Shown here: in pieces, positions 59,077-64,000 of the stretch | Layout: every line of letters starts with the position of its first letter | How positions within the stretch are numbered: position 1 is the first letter of the stretch | Source: Scenedesmus sp. PABB004 | Taxonomy: Eukaryota | Reading direction: 5' to 3' | Assembly (NCBI GenBank): GCA_014905635.1 | Contig: JABVCE010000005.1 | Span: 1,364,001 to 1,428,000, forward strand | DNA length: 64,000 nt | Notes under the pieces: model-generated | Told to the model about the DNA's origin: nothing | The model's database searches: none | What the model saw: only the letters and a program-made list of their open reading frames with translations | Made by a program: the position numbers and the translations under genes

Positions 59077-59152
<76 letters not shown>

Positions 59153-59674
59153 GGCGCGGACGGCTCCAGCATGCTCTTCTTTGGCTGCCGCAGCCCGGCG
59201 GCCGACTTTTACTACGCCGAGGAGTGGGGCGCGCTCATGCGCGCCGGCGCGCTCGCCCCGGCGCATGGCCTCGTCGCCGCGTTCTCGCGGGTCAGCCCGC
59301 AGCCGACCGAGGCGGAGCTGCGTGCCATGCTCGACGCGGCGGAGCGGCGCCACGCGCAGCCGGGCGCGGCGGCCGACGAGCGCGCTGAGGCCGCCGCCGG
59401 CGGCGGCGCGCCTGTCGCAGCGCCGCCGGCGGCCGGCGCGCGCACGTACGTCACGCACAAGCTGCGCGAGCACGGCGCCGCGGTGTGGCGCCTGCTGGCG
59501 GAGCGCGGCGCGTGGGTGTACGTGTCGGGCTCGGCCGAGAAGATGCCCGCCGGCGTCGTCGCCGCGCTCGAGGCCGTCGCGGCGGCGCACGGCGGCCTCG
59601 ACGCCGACGCCGCGGCGCGCTTCGTGCGGCAGCTCGAGCTGGGCGGGCGCTACCACGTGGAGGCGTGGTCGTGA
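56526..59674 (+). CDS. NDOR1: NADPH-dependent diflavin oxidoreductase 1 (TAH18/ATR3; cytosolic Fe-S assembly)
   Basis: LLILYGSQTGNAQDVAERV, STTGQGDPPDNM, FAVFGLGDSGYVKFN, HFQDTRHVEL, RERRSLLEVLQDF, PRQFSLAS, LVGPGTGVAPFRSF, LFFGCR and C-terminal YHVEAWS. Confidence 0.95.
59078..59149 (+). repeat. Pure (CAG)24 tract encoding polyglutamine inside NDOR1
   Basis: 72 bp of uninterrupted CAG, in frame between the GPGTG and FFGCR motifs. Confidence 0.95.
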
Positions 59675-59962
59675 TGATGACGGCGGGGTCGAGCGCTGAG
59701 CTCCGACGGCAGGCGCGCCGTGTGATGGGGCCCCGCACCCGGGGCGCCCCGGTGCAACGCCGCCGCCCGCGGGCGACCGCCCCTCGCACGACCGGCCGCG
59801 GCGCCACACCGCCCGCCTGTCCGGCCCATGCCGCGGACGCAGCAGCAGCAGAAGGACCAGCAGCAGCAGCCGGTGCAGCCGCCCCAGCCGTCGCGTCGGC
59901 CACCAGCCGCGCAGCAGCGCTCCCCGCCGCTCGTGCGGCGGCTGGCGTCCCTGGCCGGCGCG

Positions 59963-61254
59963 ATGCTCCACCAGCTAGCGCACTTGCCGCGCCTACCGGC
60001 GCCGCGGCTGGTGGCGCAGCAGCTGGCGCGCATGGGGAAGCGGGCAGCGCCGCCGCCGAGCACGGCGCTGCCGCCGCCGCCGCCGGCCAAGCGGCGACGC
60101 CTGGCGGTCCAGTCGGTCGGCGCAGTCCCCCCGTCGGGCGCTGAAGCATCCGTCAGAGCCGCGGGGGCGCCGCGGGCATCGGCGGCGGGCGGCGCCGGCG
60201 CCGCGAGGGCCGGTGCCGCGAGGGCGCCGGCGGGCGGGCGGGCGGCGCCGGCGGGCGCGCCGGCGGCGCAAGCGGGCGGCGCCGGCGACGTCTGGCTCAT
60301 CGTGGGGTTGGGGAATCCGGGGCCGCGCTACGCGGCCACGCGGCACAACGTCGGCTTCATGGTCGTCGACGCGCTCGCGCGCTCGGCCGGCGTCGACATG
60401 CGCAAGCTCGAAAAGTCGGCTGCCGTCGGCCGCGGCGAGCTGCGCGGCAAGAAGGCGAGCTGCGCCCCGCCAGCCGCGCGCGCGGCGCGCCGCCGCGCCC
60501 GGCACGCCACGCCCGGTGGCGGCGGCGGCGGCGGCGCAGCGTGTGCAGCGGCGGCGGCGCGCTCGCGGTGTTGGCTGCTCGGCTGCGCAGCGCGGCCGCC
60601 CACCCCGCCGCCTGCCCCCCGTGCTGCAGGTCATCCTGGCCAAGCCGGTGACCTTTATGAACAACAGCGGCGAGTCAGTCGCCGCGCTGGCTCGATACTA
60701 CAAGGCGCGCGCGCCCTGCGCGCCGCGGGCGCGCGGGTGGCGCGGGGCGACGTGGGGCGGCACGGGACGGCGAGCGCCGAGCACTCGCGAGCGGCGGCCG
60801 CGCGCCGCCGCCGCGCGCAGGTGCCGAGCCAGCGCGTGCTGGTCGTCGCGGACGACCTGGACCAGCCGCCCGCGGCGGTGCGCCTGCGGCAGCGCGGCGG
60901 GCACGGCGGGCACAACGGGCTGCGCAGCATCATCCAGCACCTTGGCGGCACCCAGGACTTCCCGCGCCTCAAGATTGGTGCGCGCCGCGCGCGGCGGGAG
61001 GCTCGGCGGCGCCGGCGGGCCGCCGCCGCCGCCGCAGCCGCCGCCGCCGCCGGCGAGCTCCGCCGCCGCCGCGGCGCGGCCGCGCAGGCATCGGGCGGCC
61101 GAGCGGGCAGGTCGACGTCGCGAGCTACGTGCTGCAGGAGTTTCGCCGCGCCGAGCAGGAGGCGGTGGGCCGCGCGATCGAGGAGAGCCTGGCCATTGTG
61201 GAGAGCTGCCTCGCGCTCGGCCTTGACCGGGCGCTCTCGGGCTCGCGCCTCTGA
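59963..61254 (+). CDS. PTH1: Organellar peptidyl-tRNA hydrolase (Pth family), 4 exons; alternative in-frame ATGs at 59828 and about 60032
   Basis: [77 protein letters not shown]. Confidence 0.94.
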
Positions 61255-61396
61255 CGCGCGGGGGCGCGGCGCGCAGCGGCTGCCGGGCGCGGCAGCGGGC
61301 CGAGGGCCGAGGGCGGGGCTGGCCGCCTGTGCGGCGCGTGCAACCGCCGGCGGAGCTAGGCGTGACGGCGAGCGACTACACGGCGCGCCTGCTCGC

Positions 61397-61454
61397 TCAG
61401 CGCCCGCGCCCCGCCGCGATCCAGGCCTGCGCCGCCGCGGGCTCGCCCCACGCC

Positions 61455-61532
<78 letters not shown>

Positions 61533-64000
61533 AGCGCGCCCGGCGCCGCGCCGCCGCGCGGCGTCCAGCCGCCCCCGCCGCCCGCGGCGGCGGGGCTGCC
61601 CGGCTGCTTGAGCAGGCTGCCCGCGCCGGCGCGGCTGGCAATGCGCGCCATGAGCGCCTCCAGCGCGGCAAAGCGCCGCTCCGCGTCAACGAGCTGGGCC
61701 GACTTGTCCGCGAGCTCCGCGAGCAGCTGCGACACGGCCGCCTCGCCCTCGCCCGCCGCGGCGGCCGCGGCGCCGCGCAGCTGCGCCGCGGCGGCGCGCT
61801 GCTCGCCCAGCGCGGCCTCAAGCGCGCGCACGGTGCCCTGCAGCTCCGCCGCGCGCTCCGCGGCGCGGCCGTCCTCCGCAACCTGCGCGCGCAGCGCGGC
61901 GAGCAGGCGCTCCTGCGCGTCCACCGCGCCGCGGAGCTCCGCGAGCGCGCGCTCCGACTCGAGCAGCCGCAGCTCCGCCGCCGAGCGCGCGGCCGTCGCC
62001 TCGGCCAGCGCGCCGCGCAGCTGCTCCGCCGCCGCCGACGCCGCGCCGCGCTCGCTGGTGAGCGAGAGCTGCAGCGCCGCCAGGTCGGCCTGCAGCTGCG
62101 CGCGGCGCGGCAGGCGGGGCGTCAGCGCGCGTGCGAGCTGCCGCGGCGCGCCCGCGCGCGGCCGTGCGCTCAGCGGCCCCCACCTGCTTCACCGCGCCCT
62201 CGCCGCTCGCGACCGTGGCGGCCGCCTCCGCGCGCGCCTCCTCCGCACGCGCCGCGCGCGCCTGCCAATCCAGCGCCGCGCCCTCCGCCTCCCGCAGCGC
62301 GCCGCCCAGCAGCAGCAGCTGCGAGTCCAGCTCAGCGGCGCGGTGCTCGGCGGCCGCCCCTTGGTCTGCGCGGGCGGCCGTGTGTGTGTGCGTGTGTGTG
62401 GTGGTGGTGGTGGGGGGGGGGGGCTGGCGGCACAGAGCGGGCCCCGAGGAGCGGCGGCGGCGCACCTCGGCGGCCGCGAGCTGCGCCAGCAGCTCCTCGT
62501 ACGCGCGCTCCGCGCCCTCCGCGCGGCGCGCGGCGTCGTCGGCGAGGCTGTGCAGCTCGGCCGACTGCCGCACCGCGCCGCGCAGCCGCGCGTCCGCCTC
62601 GACCAGCGCCGCCTCGTAGCCCTGCGCCTGCCGGCCGGCCTCCTGCAGCTGCGCCTGCGGGCGCGGCGGCGCGGGGCGGGCGGCTGAGCCGCCGGCGGCG
62701 CAGCCCCGCCTGCAGCGGGGAGGCGGCGGCCGCCACGCGGCCCCACCTGCAGCGTGGAGGCCGCGGTGCCCTGCTCCTCGGCGCGCCGCGCCGCGTGGTC
62801 GGCCTCGCTCGTCGACGCGTCGAGCCGAGCCTCCAGGCCCTGCACGCGCGCCTCGAGCTGCTGCACGCGCCGCGCCGCGTCCGCCTCGCGCGCCGCCGCG
62901 TCCTTGAGCTGCGCCGCCGCCGCCGCCGCCGCCGCGCCCGCGGCGTCCAGCGCCTCCTGCTTCTCCTCCAGCGCCGCCCGCAGCGCGCCCTCGCTGCGCA
63001 CCCAGCGCGCCTGCTCCGCGGTGAGGCCGTCGAGCCGCGCCGTCGCCGCGGCGAGCTGCTCCTGCAGGCCCGCGCGCGCGCCCGCGGCCGCCTCGAGCCC
63101 CGCCTGCGCGTCGCGCAGCTGGCGCTCGAGGCTGAACGCCGCCTGCGTCGCCTCCTCGGCGCGCGCGGCGGCCGCGCCGCGCTCGTCCGCGAGCGCCTCT
63201 GCGTCGGCGAGCGCGCGCTGCAGCAGGCCGTCCTTCTCGGCGACCTGCGCCTGCAGCGCCGCCAGCTCAAGGTGGAAGCCGTGCACCTCCGACCGCAGCC
63301 GCTCCAGCTCTGCAGTCGGGTGCGCGCGGCGGGGCGCGTGAGGTGCACGTCGCGCGCGGCAGCCCGGCGGGCGAGCGCGTGGAGCTGCGGCCGGCGGCGC
63401 CGCGCTCACCGTCTGTGGCAGCCGCCACCGCCTCCTCCGCGCTGCCCCGCACGACAATGCTGCCGCGCGAGCGAAGGCCGCCGCCGCGGCCCGGGCTGTA
63501 GCAGGCGGCGCGCAGCGCGGCTGCCGCGGCGTGCGGGCCACCCCCGCCCCCGCCCCAGGCCCCCGGGCTGCCGGGCCCCCTGCTGCTGCGCGGCCCGCCG
63601 GCCGGGCCGAGCTGCAGCAGGCGCTGCAGCTGCGACAGCTCGGTGTGCAGCTCCAGGACCTGGGCCTGGCCTGCCGCGAGCGCGTCGTCGCGCTCCTGCA
63701 GCTTCACCTTGAAGGCGCGCACCGCCTCCTTGTACTTGCGGCTGCTCGCCTCCTTGGCCGCCGCGCGGTGCTGCACCACCTCCAGCTGCTGCGACAGCTC
63801 CGCCACCTGCTGCTGCAACCGGGCGGGCGCCTCGCGCCGCCGCCCCTCTGCAGGCGACGCGCGGCGAGCGCGCGCGCGGGCGGGCGGGCGGGCGGGCGGG
63901 CGGGCGTGAGCAGCGGCGGCGGCAGCGGCGCGCCGCGCCCCGACGGCCCGCGCACCGCACCGGCCTGCCCCAGCTGCTCGCGCAGCTGCTCGAGCTGCTG
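61397..64000 (-). CDS. Long coiled-coil protein, 3' part; its start lies beyond the right edge
   Basis: Several GT-AG-joined exons with continuous heptads ([85 protein letters not shown]). Confidence 0.8.
61454..61532. repeat. (GCC)n microsatellite encoding poly-Gly in the last exon of the coiled-coil gene
   Basis: Long visible trinucleotide run. Confidence 0.9.

Noticed and set aside
59671..59700. GTGATGA..CTGA after NDOR1 as a C/D snoRNA
   Set aside because: It spans only ~30 nt, and the C-like box is simply the tandem TGA TGA TGA stop codons.
3608..61254. Functional gene cluster (for example Fe-S genes FDX3 and NDOR1, or organellar translation genes RRF and PTH)
   Set aside because: The genes are far apart and interspersed with unrelated housekeeping genes, so there is no evidence of clustering.
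1..64000. Hundreds of long Arg/Ala/Pro/Gly-rich ORFs in the six-frame track
   Set aside because: Stop codons are rare at this GC content. These ORFs are antisense or off-frame shadows of spliced genes, or read through introns.
1..64000. Prokaryotic systems (CRISPR array, operon, defence island), tRNA or rRNA genes
   Set aside because: The DNA is eukaryotic and intron-containing. The repeats seen are micro- or minisatellites without unique spacers, and I recognised no tRNA or rRNA sequence.

Overview
Very GC-rich (roughly 80% by eye), gene-dense eukaryotic nuclear DNA with many short GC-rich spliceosomal introns, consistent with a chlorophyte green alga (Sphaeropleales-like; this is an inference). 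Most long ORFs in the supplied track are artefacts of the base composition, so I rebuilt genes by splicing them manually. About 23 protein-coding genes are present: UTP10 (partial), a cyanobacterial-type plastid protein, FDX3-like ferredoxin, SMU1, a plant-type tyrosylprotein sulfotransferase homologue, an organellar ribosome recycling factor, an Sfi1-repeat-like protein, a TPR protein, a RING protein, three low-complexity unknowns, a TTL-family ligase, a NIPA Mg transporter, a roadblock/LC7 dynein light chain, BTAF1/MOT1, a fasciclin protein, a RING-variant protein, an F-box/LRR protein, a small plastid membrane protein, NDOR1/TAH18, peptidyl-tRNA hydrolase and a partial coiled-coil gene. The most notable observations are: (1) two snoRNA candidates in consecutive UTP10 introns, a C/D-box RNA and a ~235-nt H/ACA RNA with U17/snR30-like architecture; (2) a TPST homologue with an inserted WW-like module and a KDEL created by splicing to an 11-nt last exon; (3) an unusually high share of GC-AG introns; (4) a hAT-like MITE inside an intron; (5) a partial duplication of the RING-variant gene with templated filler DNA; (6) a candidate bicistronic pair upstream of NDOR1. 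All family assignments come from motif recognition, not database searches.
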